Shown piece after piece: positions 8,711-19,450 of a stretch of 43,631 bases of DNA. The notes beneath the pieces are model-generated. The model did not search any database. It saw only the letters and a list, made by a program, of their open reading frames with translations, and was not told the DNA's origin. Both the position numbers and the translations under genes were made by a program. The stretch is taken from contig JBEKHC010000038.1 of the NCBI GenBank assembly GCA_050012475.1, positions 1-43,631 of the forward strand, in the 5' to 3' direction. Numbering within the stretch: position 1 is the stretch's first letter; every line of letters begins with the position of its first letter. The stretch comes from Candidatus Velthaea sp. (GTDB lineage: Bacteria; Vulcanimicrobiota; Vulcanimicrobiia; Vulcanimicrobiales; Vulcanimicrobiaceae).

Positions 8711-9958
8711 GTGACCAGTCGACGAGGCAGCAACTCCGTGCGCGTCCGGCGCTACAACGAGCGCGTCGTTTTGGAGGCGCTGCAGCGGTTGGGAACGGCA
8801 TCGAAAGCCGATCTCGCCCGATCGACGCACTTGACCGCGCAAGCGGCGGCGGGGATCGTCGACTCGCTCGTCGAGATGGGGCTCGTCGAACGCCGTGGCC
8901 GGCGGACGGGCCAGATCGGTCAGCCGTCGATCCTCTACGGGGCAGCGCCCGACGGCGCCTACTCGATCGGTTTGCACATCGGGCGGCGCGCGCTCGACGC
9001 CGTGCTGGTGGATTTTAGCGGTGCCGTACGCCGCTTTGCTTCGTCGGAGTATGATTTTCCCGAACCGGAAAGCGTCGCCCGGCTCGCGGCGTCCTACATC
9101 GAGTTGTTCGGCGCGTCGCTGCCGGCCGCGGGACGCATCCGCGTGGTCGGCGTCGGGATTGCCATTCCGTATTTCTTGGGCGACTGGGCCAACGAGCTGG
9201 GGTTTCCGCCGCACGTTGCTGCGGCATGGCGCACGCTCGACGTGCGCAAGTACCTGCTTGCCGAACTGGGCCGGCCGCTCCATTTTGAAAACGATGCGTC
9301 CGCCGCCGCAACGGCGGAACTCGTGTACGGCCGCGGCCGGGAATACCGGCATTGGATCTATCTTTCGATCAACACGTTCATCGGCGGCGGTCTGGTGATC
9401 AACGGAAATCTTGAGGTCGGTCCGCACGGAAATAGCGCGGCCTTTGGGCCCTATCCGGTGTCGGCATCGTGCCTTTCGTCCGTGCCGCCGCCGGCGCGAC
9501 CGTTCGAGATCCTGCTGCATCGCGCGTCGGTCTACGTTCTGATGAATCACTTGCGCACCAATGGCATAGCCGTGCATCGGAGCGATGACGTCGAAGCCTT
9601 GGGCATCGGCGCTCAACCATATGTGAACGAATGGATCGCGGATGCCGCCGATGCGCTGGCGCAGGCGATTATCGGCTCGATCGCCGTCGTCGACGTCGAG
9701 GCAATCGTCATCGACACGATTTTGCCCTCGTTTCTGCTCGAACGCATCGTGGCGGGTATTCGGGAACGCTTTGCCGGCTTGCTGCCGGATGGATTGATCG
9801 TGCCCCAGATCGTCATGGGCACGATCGGCCGGCGTGCGGCGGCAATCGGCGGAGCAATCTTGCCGCTTTATGCGGCGTTCGCGCCCGACAGCGGTACGCT
9901 CGTGAAATCAGCGGCGGCTAAGGTTCTTTCCGGTGCCTCATTGTCGGTTTCGCCATAG
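8711..9958 (+). CDS. ROK-family transcriptional regulator
   Basis: N-terminal HTH (SKADLARSTHLT), GQP linker, ENDASAAA, IGGGLVING. Confidence 0.9.
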   Translation: MTSRRGSNSVRVRRYNERVVLEALQRLGTASKADLARSTHLTAQAAAGIVDSLVEMGLVERRGRRTGQIGQPSILYGAAPDGAYSIGLHIGRRALDAVLVDFSGAVRRFASSEYDFPEPESVARLAASYIELFGASLPAAGRIRVVGVGIAIPYFLGDWANELGFPPHVAAAWRTLDVRKYLLAELGRPLHFENDASAAATAELVYGRGREYRHWIYLSINTFIGGGLVINGNLEVGPHGNSAAFGPYPVSASCLSSVPPPARPFEILLHRASVYVLMNHLRTNGIAVHRSDDVEALGIGAQPYVNEWIADAADALAQAIIGSIAVVDVEAIVIDTILPSFLLERIVAGIRERFAGLLPDGLIVPQIVMGTIGRRAAAIGGAILPLYAAFAPDSGTLVKSAAAKVLSGASLSVSP

Positions 9959-10007
9959 TCGGCGTAGCCGGCGATCGGCCCGGTTGGCTCACTCCACGGG
10001 AGAAGGC

Positions 10008-10562
10008 ATGCGCAGCTCAGTCATCTTGTCGTCCTTCGTTTTTCTCCTGGCCGCGCTGGCTTTTGCCGGACGTCCGGCTCAGGCGGCGCCGTGTAAACCT
10101 TCGCAGAGTGCAGCGATGTTGACGGGGCCGGTCTATGCAGCCGTTGTGGCGGAATGTGCGTGGGTCGATGCGATCAATCGACGGAGTGCAACAGCTGCCG
10201 CCAAACTTCTCGGGGACGACGTGCGGCAAGTCGATGCCGGCGGCGCGGTTCACGATCGGCGCGCGCTCTTGGGGGCGGTTGCCGATGGACGCTTTGGGCC
10301 AGTCGCTATGAACGTCGACGAGCTCACGGTTCCGTTTTCCGCGGGAAGCACCAACGTCGTCATAACCGCCTGGACCTATCGCAACATCGTACACCGCGTA
10401 ACCGATGTGTTCTTTTGCGACGTTTCTCGCGCGTGCACGTATCGATTGATTGCCGAACAGGTCACGGTCGTCTCATCCTCGCGCCGTGAGACGGTACGAC
10501 ACGCGCCCGAACACGGTGGCGGCGGTGCGTCCCGGGCGAACGACCGCAACCGTAACCGATAA
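10008..10562 (+). CDS. Secreted NTF2-like/DUF4440 family protein
   Basis: Signal peptide ending AQA; ExxWxxAI...LLGDD...TDVF pattern. Confidence 0.6.
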   Translation: MRSSVILSSFVFLLAALAFAGRPAQAAPCKPSQSAAMLTGPVYAAVVAECAWVDAINRRSATAAAKLLGDDVRQVDAGGAVHDRRALLGAVADGRFGPVAMNVDELTVPFSAGSTNVVITAWTYRNIVHRVTDVFFCDVSRACTYRLIAEQVTVVSSSRRETVRHAPEHGGGGASRANDRNRNR

Positions 10563-10619
10563 GGGGCTGCGGTTGATCGAGCGTCGAACCCGGCGAGCAG
10601 CCCGATTGCGAGGTCCGCA

Positions 10620-11885
10620 ATGCCGATCGATATCGAACATGGTTATGCCGAGGTCGAAGCTCTCTTGCGCGAGGTGGACTTGCCGCGCGGCGCGCTGGTG
10701 CGGCAGCGGATTGAAACCCCGCCTGCGCTCACCGATATCGGCGCCGCTGTCAAAGCCGCGCTGAAAGCCGTGCAATTGCCGGTTGGAACCGTCGGCGTTG
10801 CGGTCGGGAGCCGCGGCATCGCGCAGATCGCGGAGATCGTCGCGGCTCTGGTGCGTGAACTGCGGGCCGGCGGCGCACAGCCGTTCATCTTTCCGGCGAT
10901 GGGGAGCCACGGTGCATCGACGGCCGAAGGCCAAGCCCGCGTGCTGGCGCATCTCGGCATCGACGAGGCCAGCGTCGGTGCGCCGATCCGCGCGACGATG
11001 GACACCGTCGAAACAGGTGTGACCGACGACGGCGTCAAGGTGTTCATGGATGCCAATGCGTACGCAGCCGACGCCGTCGTCATCGTGAACCGGGTCAAGC
11101 CGCACACCGCGTTCCGGGGGCCCGTCGAAAGCGGACCGACCAAGATGCTCGCGATTGGCCTGGGGAAGCAGCGCGGCGCGCACACGGTTCACGCTGCGGG
11201 CTGGGCGAAAATTCACGAGACGATTCCCAAGGCGGCCGCGGTGAACATCGCGACCGGAAAAATCGCCTTCGCGCTTGCAATCGTCGAGAACGCGCACGAA
11301 GCGCCGTCTTGGATCGAAGCGATTCCGGCGGCCGATCTCCTGCGTCGCGAACCACCGCTGCTCGAACAGGCGAAGCGCAACCTTGCGCGCCTTCCGTTTT
11401 CGAGTTTGGACGTTCTCGTCATCGACCGGATCGGGAAGAACATCAGCGGCGACGGTGCTGACCCGAACGTCACCGGCCGCTTTCCCACGGCATACGGCGG
11501 GGCCGGCCCCCAGATCACGCGCGTGGTCGTGTGCGATGTCACGAACGAAACGCAGGGCAACGCGAACGGCGTCGGAATGGCCGACGTGATAACGCATCGG
11601 CTCGCCGAACGCTTCATCCCGCCCGCAACGTATATGAACGCACTGACGTCGACGACGCCCGAACCGACGCGCTTGCCGATGGTCATGCCGACGTGCGAAC
11701 TCGCGCTCAAAGCGGCACTGCTCATGTGCGCGGGCATCGATCCGCAACGCGCCCAGATCGTGCGCATCCTCGATACCTTGCACCTCGAAGAATTGTGGAT
11801 CTCCGAAAGTTTGCTCGAACGCGCCCGCACGGCGGGCATGGACGTCGGCGCGACCGTGGACGCATTTCCCATGCCCGCCTGGTGA
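10620..11885 (+). CDS. Lactate-racemase-domain (LarA/DUF2088-DUF362 superfamily) protein
   Basis: AVGSRGI, PAMGSHG, NRVKPHTAF, ESGxxKMLAIGLGK, GKNISGxGxDxNVTGR. Confidence 0.75.
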   Translation: MPIDIEHGYAEVEALLREVDLPRGALVRQRIETPPALTDIGAAVKAALKAVQLPVGTVGVAVGSRGIAQIAEIVAALVRELRAGGAQPFIFPAMGSHGASTAEGQARVLAHLGIDEASVGAPIRATMDTVETGVTDDGVKVFMDANAYAADAVVIVNRVKPHTAFRGPVESGPTKMLAIGLGKQRGAHTVHAAGWAKIHETIPKAAAVNIATGKIAFALAIVENAHEAPSWIEAIPAADLLRREPPLLEQAKRNLARLPFSSLDVLVIDRIGKNISGDGADPNVTGRFPTAYGGAGPQITRVVVCDVTNETQGNANGVGMADVITHRLAERFIPPATYMNALTSTTPEPTRLPMVMPTCELALKAALLMCAGIDPQRAQIVRILDTLHLEELWISESLLERARTAGMDVGATVDAFPMPAW

Positions 11886-11914
11886 TCCCCGGGCAATGAT
11901 TCGGGCGTGATTCG

Positions 11915-12262
11915 ATGACGGCGTTTACGGTGGGGCAGCTCTTGCGGATTTTCGTCGCCGAGGGAGCGATGTGGCACGGCCGGCCGCTGTATGCCGCGAT
12001 CGTCGAGGCGTTGCGGCACGAAGGGGTCGCTGGGGCATCGGTGTTCCGCGGCATCGAGGGCTTCGGTGCGCACCATGAAATCCACGTCGCAACGTTGTTT
12101 GGCTCCAGCCGGGCGCTTCCGATCCTCATCGAGATCATCGACGTGGAAGAGAAGATCGCGGCGCTCATTCCGCGGATTGGCGAGATGGTCGACGAGGGCG
12201 CGATGACGCTGGAACGGGTTGAGTTCCGGCGTTTCCTGCCCCAACCGAAGGCGAAGACCTGA
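11915..12262 (+). CDS. DUF190 family (PII-like) protein
   Basis: LRIFxxE, GRPLYxAIV, GASVFRGIEGFG, LPILIEIID. Confidence 0.9.
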   Translation: MTAFTVGQLLRIFVAEGAMWHGRPLYAAIVEALRHEGVAGASVFRGIEGFGAHHEIHVATLFGSSRALPILIEIIDVEEKIAALIPRIGEMVDEGAMTLERVEFRRFLPQPKAKT

Positions 12263-12374
12263 GCGGTTGCCCTAACATGTGACGTAGAAGCACTACGCGG
12301 CGAACATGTGAAGCGAAGGACTCGAAACCCGAAGCGGAAACGCTTCACGTGCCTTACGCTTTAGGGAGAAACCA

Positions 12375-13670
<1,296 letters not shown>

Positions 13671-13720
13671 AATGCAAACCAGGCTCCGCTGCCGGCCTAG
13701 GCCGCGGCGGAGCGCCTGTG

Positions 13721-13795
13721 GGCACGACGCCGATCCCCGCCGCGCTGTGGGACGATCTCCGAGCTGCCGGTTTGCTGCGCGCCGACGCACCGGCG
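13721..13795 (+). pseudogene. C-terminal scrap of an aldo/keto reductase (D-threo-aldose/L-fucose dehydrogenase-like)
   Basis: TPIPAALWDDLRAAGLLRADAP resembles the conserved C-terminus of this AKR subfamily; no upstream gene body. Confidence 0.55.
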
Positions 13796-13830
13796 GGGAG
13801 GCCAGCGGGACCGCTCTTCGCCTGTTTGCG

Positions 13831-14556
13831 TCAGCGCGCGCGACGTCCGAGGTAGGCTGCGACGACGTCGTCACGGCCGGCGAGTTCGCTGCCGGTTCCG
13901 GATAGCGTGATGTGCCCGCGCTCGAGCACGTGGGCGGTATCGGCGATCGACAGCGCCTGGCGCGCGTTTTGTTCGACCAGCAAAATCGCCGTGCCGCGCG
14001 CGCGTTCGCCGGCGATGATCTCGAACACGGTCGCGACGAGCTTGGGCGACAGTCCCATCGATGGTTCGTCGAGCAGCAACGCTTTGGGACGCTGGACGAG
14101 CGCCCGCGCCATTGCGAGCATTTGCTGCTCGCCGCCTGAGAGCGAGCCGGCCGCGACGTTCCGGCGCTCGGCTAGGATCGGAAAGCGTGCGTACATCTCG
14201 GCGACGGAATCGGCGTGGCCGGGGCGTGACGCTTGCGCGACCGCCAGATTCTCGGCAACCGTCATGGTTGCGAGCATGCGGCGGCCTTCGGGAACGAGCG
14301 CCAATCCGGCGCGAACGACGCTCTGCGACGACGCGTTCGTGACGTTCTTGCCGGCGAAGCGAATCGTGCCGCGCCGCACGCGCAGCAACCGCGCGATCGC
14401 GAGCATGAGCGTCGTTTTGCCGGCACCGTTCGCGCCCACGATGGCGGTGAGCCCATGCGGCATCAGCTGCAGCGTGACCCCGTGGAGCACTTCGCTTTGG
14501 CCATATCCGGCGACGAGATCGTCGATCGCCAGAATCGGTTCAGCGCGCGGTTCCAA
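13831..14556 (-). CDS. livF: Branched-chain amino acid-type ABC transporter ATPase (LivF-like)
   Basis: GANGAGKTT, LSGGEQQMLA, LLLDEPSMGL, LLVEQN. Confidence 0.9.
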   Translation of the reverse strand: MEPRAEPILAIDDLVAGYGQSEVLHGVTLQLMPHGLTAIVGANGAGKTTLMLAIARLLRVRRGTIRFAGKNVTNASSQSVVRAGLALVPEGRRMLATMTVAENLAVAQASRPGHADSVAEMYARFPILAERRNVAAGSLSGGEQQMLAMARALVQRPKALLLDEPSMGLSPKLVATVFEIIAGERARGTAILLVEQNARQALSIADTAHVLERGHITLSGTGSELAGRDDVVAAYLGRRAR

Positions 14557-15271
14557 GATACGCCTCGATGACGGCCGGGTCGTGGGCGATCTCGGCCGGC
14601 GTCCCCGTGGCGATGACGGTTCCGAAATTCAAAACGGCGACCCGGTCGCAGATATCGCTGACCAGCTGCATATCGTGTTCGACGAGCAGCACGCCCACGC
14701 CGCCGTTTGCGATCGCGCGCACCATGGCGCCCAGCTGCGCGGTTTCCTCGGGATTGAGTCCGGCGGCGGGCTCGTCGAGCAGCAGGATCGACGGTTGCGA
14801 CGCCAGCGCGCGGGCGATTTCGAGCCGGCGCTGCGCGCCGTACGGCAGCCGTCCGGCTTGCTGCGAGCGATCCACGTCGTGCAGCGCGGTGCGTTCTAAC
14901 ACGGCGTCGATTTGACGCGCGCCGATCGGAGAGCGCGCCGCAAACGACCCGGCGCGCACGTTCTCGCTGACGCTCAGCTGGCGAAACAAGCGCACGTTCT
15001 GATACGTGCGCACGACGCCGGTGCGCGCGATCCGATGCGCGGGCAACCCGCCGATCTGCCGGCCGTCGAGCACGATCGAGCCGTTCGCGAGCGCCGCGAC
15101 GCCGGAAACGGCGTTCAAAAACGACGTCTTGCCGGCGCCGTTGGGTCCGATCAAGCCGACGATCTCACCCGTTGCAACGCGCAGGTTGACCCCCTGCAGC
15201 GCAGCGACGCCGCCGTAGCGCACGACCAGATCGCGCGCTTCGAGCACGTGCGCTGCTACGTTCGCTGCCAC
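14540..15271 (-). CDS. livG: Branched-chain amino acid-type ABC transporter ATPase (LivG-like)
   Basis: GPNGAGKT, LPYGAQRRLEIARAL, LDEPAAGL, VIEAYLG. Confidence 0.9.
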   Translation of the reverse strand: MAANVAAHVLEARDLVVRYGGVAALQGVNLRVATGEIVGLIGPNGAGKTSFLNAVSGVAALANGSIVLDGRQIGGLPAHRIARTGVVRTYQNVRLFRQLSVSENVRAGSFAARSPIGARQIDAVLERTALHDVDRSQQAGRLPYGAQRRLEIARALASQPSILLLDEPAAGLNPEETAQLGAMVRAIANGGVGVLLVEHDMQLVSDICDRVAVLNFGTVIATGTPAEIAHDPAVIEAYLGTAR

Positions 15272-16077
15272 AAGCCGGCCAGCCCGCGCGGAGCGAACAG
15301 AATGAACGCCAGCAGCAACGCCCCCGTCGTGACTTCGCGAAAGTCGTGCAGAAAGCGGATGGCTTCGGGCAAGATCGTCATCGCCGCCGCGCCCAGCGTG
15401 CTGCCGAGCGCACTCGTCGTGCCGCCGATCACGCTGTACACCAGGACTTGTTCCATCCGGCTGAAGCCGAAGTCGCTCGGCGTGATGAAGAAATTCGCGT
15501 GCGCGTAGAGCACGCCGGCGCAGCCCGCAACGGCTCCGCCGGCGATCAACGCATACAAACGCACGGCGCCGACGTCGATGCCGCAGCCGCGCGCGGCGAC
15601 TTCATCCTCGCGCACGGCGTCGAGTGCGAGCACCCACGGCCCGCGGCTGAACGCGAAGAGCCCGGCCAGCGCGACCGCCAGCGCGCCGTAGATCCACGCC
15701 GTGTTGGCGTCATTGGGGATGTTCGATAGGCCTTCGGCGCCGCCGGTGATGGGGACGTTGATCTCGACGATCCGGGCGACTTCGCCGAACCCGATGGTGG
15801 CGATCGCCAAGAACACGCCGCGCAGCCGCGCGATCGGCAGGGCGAGCAGGGCCGCGGCGCCCATCGCGCACAGCGCACCCACCGCCATCGATAGCGGCAG
15901 ATTCCAACCGTAGTTGATCGCGCCGATCGAACCCGCATACGCCGCGATGCCCATGAACGCAACTTGCGCCAGCGCGAGTTGCCCGGCGCGCAGCGAGATC
16001 ATCAGCGATACGGCTAACAGCGCGTTGATCCCGATCTGATCGATGACCTTCGAGTGCGCGGCGAAAAACGCGATCAT
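15256..16077 (-). CDS. livM: Branched-chain amino acid-type ABC permease (LivM-like)
   Basis: RLRGVFLAIATIGFGE, TGGAEG, AVREDEVAA. Confidence 0.88.
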   Translation of the reverse strand: MIAFFAAHSKVIDQIGINALLAVSLMISLRAGQLALAQVAFMGIAAYAGSIGAINYGWNLPLSMAVGALCAMGAAALLALPIARLRGVFLAIATIGFGEVARIVEINVPITGGAEGLSNIPNDANTAWIYGALAVALAGLFAFSRGPWVLALDAVREDEVAARGCGIDVGAVRLYALIAGGAVAGCAGVLYAHANFFITPSDFGFSRMEQVLVYSVIGGTTSALGSTLGAAAMTILPEAIRFLHDFREVTTGALLLAFILFAPRGLAGLWQRT

Positions 16078-16958
16078 GCGCCGCGCAGTGACTTCTTACC
16101 GAACAGACCGCTGGGGCGGAGCACGAGGATCAACGACATCAAGCCGAACGCGATGGCGTCGCGATAGCTCGACGAAACGAACGCCACCGACAGCGTTTCG
16201 GCGACGCCCAGGATGAAGGCGCCCAAAACGGCACCGGTGATGCTGCCCATCCCGCCCAGCACGATGATTGCGAGCCCCTTGAGTTCGATGCGGCTGCCCA
16301 TGTCGAGGCTCACCGTGCCGTACTGCAGCCCGATGAGGATGCCGGCCGCCGCGCCCAGCGCCGAAGCGATGAAGAACGTCAAAGCGATCGTGCGCTCGAG
16401 ATCGACGCCCAAGATCGCTGCGGCGATCCGGTCGTCGGCAACCGCGCGAATCGAGCGCCCCAGCGGCGTGCGCAGCAAGACGTAGTTGAGTGCGAGCATT
16501 AAACCCAGCGCGACCGCGACCGCGACGAGGTCGAGCGCGCCGATCGAGAGCGGCCCGGCTTTGAGCTGGATGCTCGCCAGCGATCCGGCCTCGAAGCGGT
16601 GCTGATCGGGACCGAAGGCACCGCGGACGAGACCTTCGATGATGATCCCGACGCCGATGCTCGAGATGAGCGGGGCGAGCGTTCCGGCGTTGCGCGCGCG
16701 CAGCGGCGCGAATGCGACCCGGTCGAGCGCAATCCCCAACAAGCCGCCGACAACGATCGCGACGGCGGCCGCCGCGACGAGCGGCACGCCGTATCCGGCC
16801 AGCGCGAACGCGACGAACGCCGCGGCCATGAAGATCGCGGCGTGGGCCAAGTTCAAGATGTCGAGTACGCCGAAAACGAGCGTGTAGCCGATGGCGAACA
16901 GCGCGTAGACGGCGCCCAGCGTGATGCCGTTAATCAGTTGTTGGGCGAGGTTAACCAA
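16074..16958 (-). CDS. livH: Branched-chain amino acid-type ABC permease (LivH-like)
   Basis: QQLINGITLGAVYALFAIGYTLVFG, NLAH, VLGGMGS. Confidence 0.9.
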   Translation of the reverse strand: MVNLAQQLINGITLGAVYALFAIGYTLVFGVLDILNLAHAAIFMAAAFVAFALAGYGVPLVAAAAVAIVVGGLLGIALDRVAFAPLRARNAGTLAPLISSIGVGIIIEGLVRGAFGPDQHRFEAGSLASIQLKAGPLSIGALDLVAVAVALGLMLALNYVLLRTPLGRSIRAVADDRIAAAILGVDLERTIALTFFIASALGAAAGILIGLQYGTVSLDMGSRIELKGLAIIVLGGMGSITGAVLGAFILGVAETLSVAFVSSSYRDAIAFGLMSLILVLRPSGLFGKKSLRGA

Positions 16959-18069
16959 ACGCGACGAACTTGCCGTCCTTCACCGTGAGGATCGCGCTGG
17001 GCGCTTTCGCGTTGCGATCGGACTCGAAGGCGAAGGATCCCAGGACGGTTTGCACCGGCGGCAGCGCCCCGAGCGCGCTGCACAGTTCTGCGGCGGTCGT
17101 TTTGCCGGTCTTGGCCGCGGCCGCAATGATTTGCGCCGCGGCATAGGCTTGCGCGGCGAATTGATCGGGCGGGGAGCCGAAGCGCTTTTGATAGCGGTCG
17201 ACGAATTCGCGATTGCCAGGATACGTGTTGCCCGAGAAGTAAGCGGCGCCGACGACGACGCCTTCGGCTGCCGGCCCGGCCAGTGAGATGAATTTGGGTG
17301 AATTCAGACCGTTGCCGCCGATCATATGCGCGCTGATGCCGGCTGTCTTGGCTTGTCCGACGATTTTCGCCGCTTCCTCGACGAGCGATCCGACTACCAG
17401 CAAATCGGGTTTTTTCGAGGCGATCTGGGTGAGTTGGGCTTTGAAATCAACGTCGCCCTTGTGGTACGTCTGAGTCTCGACCACCGTGATGCCGGCGCGC
17501 GCAAGTCCGGCTTTGAAAATCTCGTAGTCGGTTTTGGTGAATTGATCGTCGTCGCCGTAGATGATCGCGGCGGTTTTGGGATGCCAGCGGGCCGCGGCGC
17601 GAGCGATCGTCTGCGGGACGACCTGGTCTTCGGACAGCGCGTTGCGGAACACGCACGGACCCATGGCGGTGATGCCGATGGCGGTATTCGAGGTGGCGAG
17701 AACCGGAACGGCGGCTTTCACCGCGATCGGATCGGCTTTGAAGGCCTCGGACGAAAGCGTCGGTCCGATGATGAGCGCCGATCCGTCGGTCGTGAACTTC
17801 TGGACCAGCGAGATGACCTGCGCCGGGTCGCTGGCCGAGTCTTGCACGTCGAAGGTCAGATCGTTGCCGCCGGCATCGAGCCGTTTTGCTTTGAGGTCGT
17901 CCGCCGCCAGATCGTAGGCGTTTTTTTGTGACGTTCCGTAGCCGCCGGCCGAGCCGCTCGTATCCGCGATGACCCCGACCTTGAGTGCTTTCCCGGCTGC
18001 GCTGATTGTAGCCGTGGTGAATGCGCCGCTCAAGCTCAGAGCGAGAAGAAAAACAGCGAGACGCTTCAT
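16951..18069 (-). CDS. Branched-chain amino acid-type ABC substrate-binding protein (LivK-like)
   Basis: Signal peptide MKRLAVFLLAL; IIGPTLS, VFR, DFKAQLTQI, DQFAAQAY. Confidence 0.9.
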   Translation of the reverse strand: MKRLAVFLLALSLSGAFTTATISAAGKALKVGVIADTSGSAGGYGTSQKNAYDLAADDLKAKRLDAGGNDLTFDVQDSASDPAQVISLVQKFTTDGSALIIGPTLSSEAFKADPIAVKAAVPVLATSNTAIGITAMGPCVFRNALSEDQVVPQTIARAAARWHPKTAAIIYGDDDQFTKTDYEIFKAGLARAGITVVETQTYHKGDVDFKAQLTQIASKKPDLLVVGSLVEEAAKIVGQAKTAGISAHMIGGNGLNSPKFISLAGPAAEGVVVGAAYFSGNTYPGNREFVDRYQKRFGSPPDQFAAQAYAAAQIIAAAAKTGKTTAAELCSALGALPPVQTVLGSFAFESDRNAKAPSAILTVKDGKFVAFG

Positions 18070-18120
18070 GCCGCTGGCTTTGACGCGCCAGCCCGCGACC
18101 CTGGCGCCGCCGGTCGAAGA

Positions 18121-18197
18121 GCGGCTTGCGCGAAGCGCAAACGCCACGCGGCTTGCGGCGCAGCCGCAAACGCCACGGGTTCGCCGCAGGCGAACCC
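18121..18197. repeat. Cluster of three REP-like palindromes with GNA triloops
   Basis: TTGCGC-GAA-GCGCAA, TTGCGGC-GCA-GCCGCAA, GGGTTCGCC-GCA-GGCGAACCC; the first two lie in 27/29-bp direct repeats. Confidence 0.65.
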
Positions 18198-18199
18198 TG

Positions 18200-19213
18200 C
18201 TAGGCCGAGCGCCAGAAGCGCAGCTCGCGTCGCGATGCGCGCTTCCACGCTTTGCGCCAGGACGCGAGCGCTTTTGCGGCGACGCGGGCTTCGAGTTCGG
18301 CGACTTCGCCGGCGACGAAGCGATCGAGTTTCGAGGACGTCAAAGCGCGCAGCCGCTCGCTTTCGCTCACCGCGTCTTGAAACGAACCCAGCGTATCTTG
18401 CAGGCGCGTCAGACGGCGCAGAAATTGCTGCGCCGTATCCGCGCGCGATGCCCGGACCAGCGGGGCTACGGCTTCGACCGCATAGCGGCAGCGCTTGGCT
18501 TTAATTCGAACGGCGTGGAGCTGTGCTGGGGTCGGGTCGTCGCCGCACGAATCCACCGCGCGCTCCAGGCGGCGCCACGGCCTTTCGATGACGCTGCGCA
18601 CCAGCGTTTCCCGCGACAGCGCTTGCGGATAAACGATCAAGGGACTATCGCGACAGACCGCCCGCACGAGATCTTCGAGCAGTTGCGGGTATGCATCGTT
18701 CTGCAATTCCGATGTCAGCTTGGCATAGGAATATTCGCGTGCGGCGCGGCATTGCGCCACGAGGCCGTCGAGGGAAGATTCACCCACGTCGGGCAAACGC
18801 TGCGCCAGCACGATGATGTGCTCGATGAGAACATCGTTATCGCGAACGCCGCCCAGGCTGTGGCCGAGCGCCCGCAGCCGCGCGTCGAGTTGGGCGGCTT
18901 CTTCGCGATCCAAAAGCGGTGCGAAGGCGGCCAGATTCGCGCGCAAAGCGCGTCCCGCGGAGCGTGCCTGATGGATCCATTCCGCGTCCTCGTCGACCAA
19001 GACGCGCGCAAGCGCACGTACTAAGCGCGCAACGCAGGCTGCAAGAGCGCGCCGCGCGACTTCAGCGCTCGACGTCTGCGGGGTGATCGGCGTGAGCGCG
19101 GTTTCCGTGCCGGGATCGTCGTCCAGCAGATCGTCGATCGCGGCAATACGTTTGCAACTCGGCGCGAAACAGTCCGCCTGGGAGCGCAGGCGCTGACCGC
19201 CGGGCGATTTCAT
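18200..19213 (-). CDS. CHAD domain protein (polyphosphate-binding family)
   Basis: IHQARxAxRxLR, LGGVRDNDV, LHAVRIKAKRCRY, LQDTLGSFQD; ATG at 19213 overlaps an upstream uORF stop. Confidence 0.88.
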   Translation of the reverse strand: MKSPGGQRLRSQADCFAPSCKRIAAIDDLLDDDPGTETALTPITPQTSSAEVARRALAACVARLVRALARVLVDEDAEWIHQARSAGRALRANLAAFAPLLDREEAAQLDARLRALGHSLGGVRDNDVLIEHIIVLAQRLPDVGESSLDGLVAQCRAAREYSYAKLTSELQNDAYPQLLEDLVRAVCRDSPLIVYPQALSRETLVRSVIERPWRRLERAVDSCGDDPTPAQLHAVRIKAKRCRYAVEAVAPLVRASRADTAQQFLRRLTRLQDTLGSFQDAVSESERLRALTSSKLDRFVAGEVAELEARVAAKALASWRKAWKRASRRELRFWRSA

Positions 19214-19242
19214 CCGGGGTGCGGGAAGAACGTCTGCCCCAT
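19210..19242 (-). CDS. Putative 10-aa leader peptide MGQTFFPHPG coupled to the CHAD gene
   Basis: GGGAGG Shine-Dalgarno 9 nt upstream; its TGA overlaps the CHAD ATG (ATGA). Confidence 0.4.
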   Translation of the reverse strand: MGQTFFPHPG

Positions 19243-19282
19243 CGTTTTCCGCCTCCCTCGTTCCTAGCGCGTTGGCGGGCAC

Positions 19283-19314
19283 ATGCTGACAAGTCGCTGT
19301 GAAGGAGATTGGAA
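19283..19314 (-). promoter_or_regulatory. TTCM-N7-TTCA direct-repeat box plus -10 (CAGCAT) upstream of the CHAD unit
   Basis: Minus strand ttcc-aatctcc-ttca, 11 nt, cagcat. Confidence 0.45.
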
Positions 19315-19320
19315 AACGGC

Positions 19321-19373
19321 GGGAAGGCCGGCCCGTATATGCCAGAAAGTGTCATATACGGGCCGGCCTTCCC
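19321..19373. terminator. Perfect 21-bp inverted repeat (terminator or processing hairpin)
   Basis: GGGAAGGCCGGCCCGTATATG (19321-19341) / CATATACGGGCCGGCCTTCCC (19353-19373), downstream of the ATP-grasp gene. Confidence 0.6.
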
Positions 19374-19450
19374 CTTCAGCGCGAGCGGCACCGCTTGGAC
19401 GTTGTCGTCGCTACGGCGGAAGGGCCGCCGGAGCGCATATCGTCGCGCCC

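Noticed and set aside
7538..9616. 692-aa minus-strand ORF, and similar long ORFs at 30765-33146, 23155-24999 and 12411-13874
   Set aside because: Antisense or alternate-frame shadows of well-supported genes, expected in high-GC DNA; Arg-rich and without motifs
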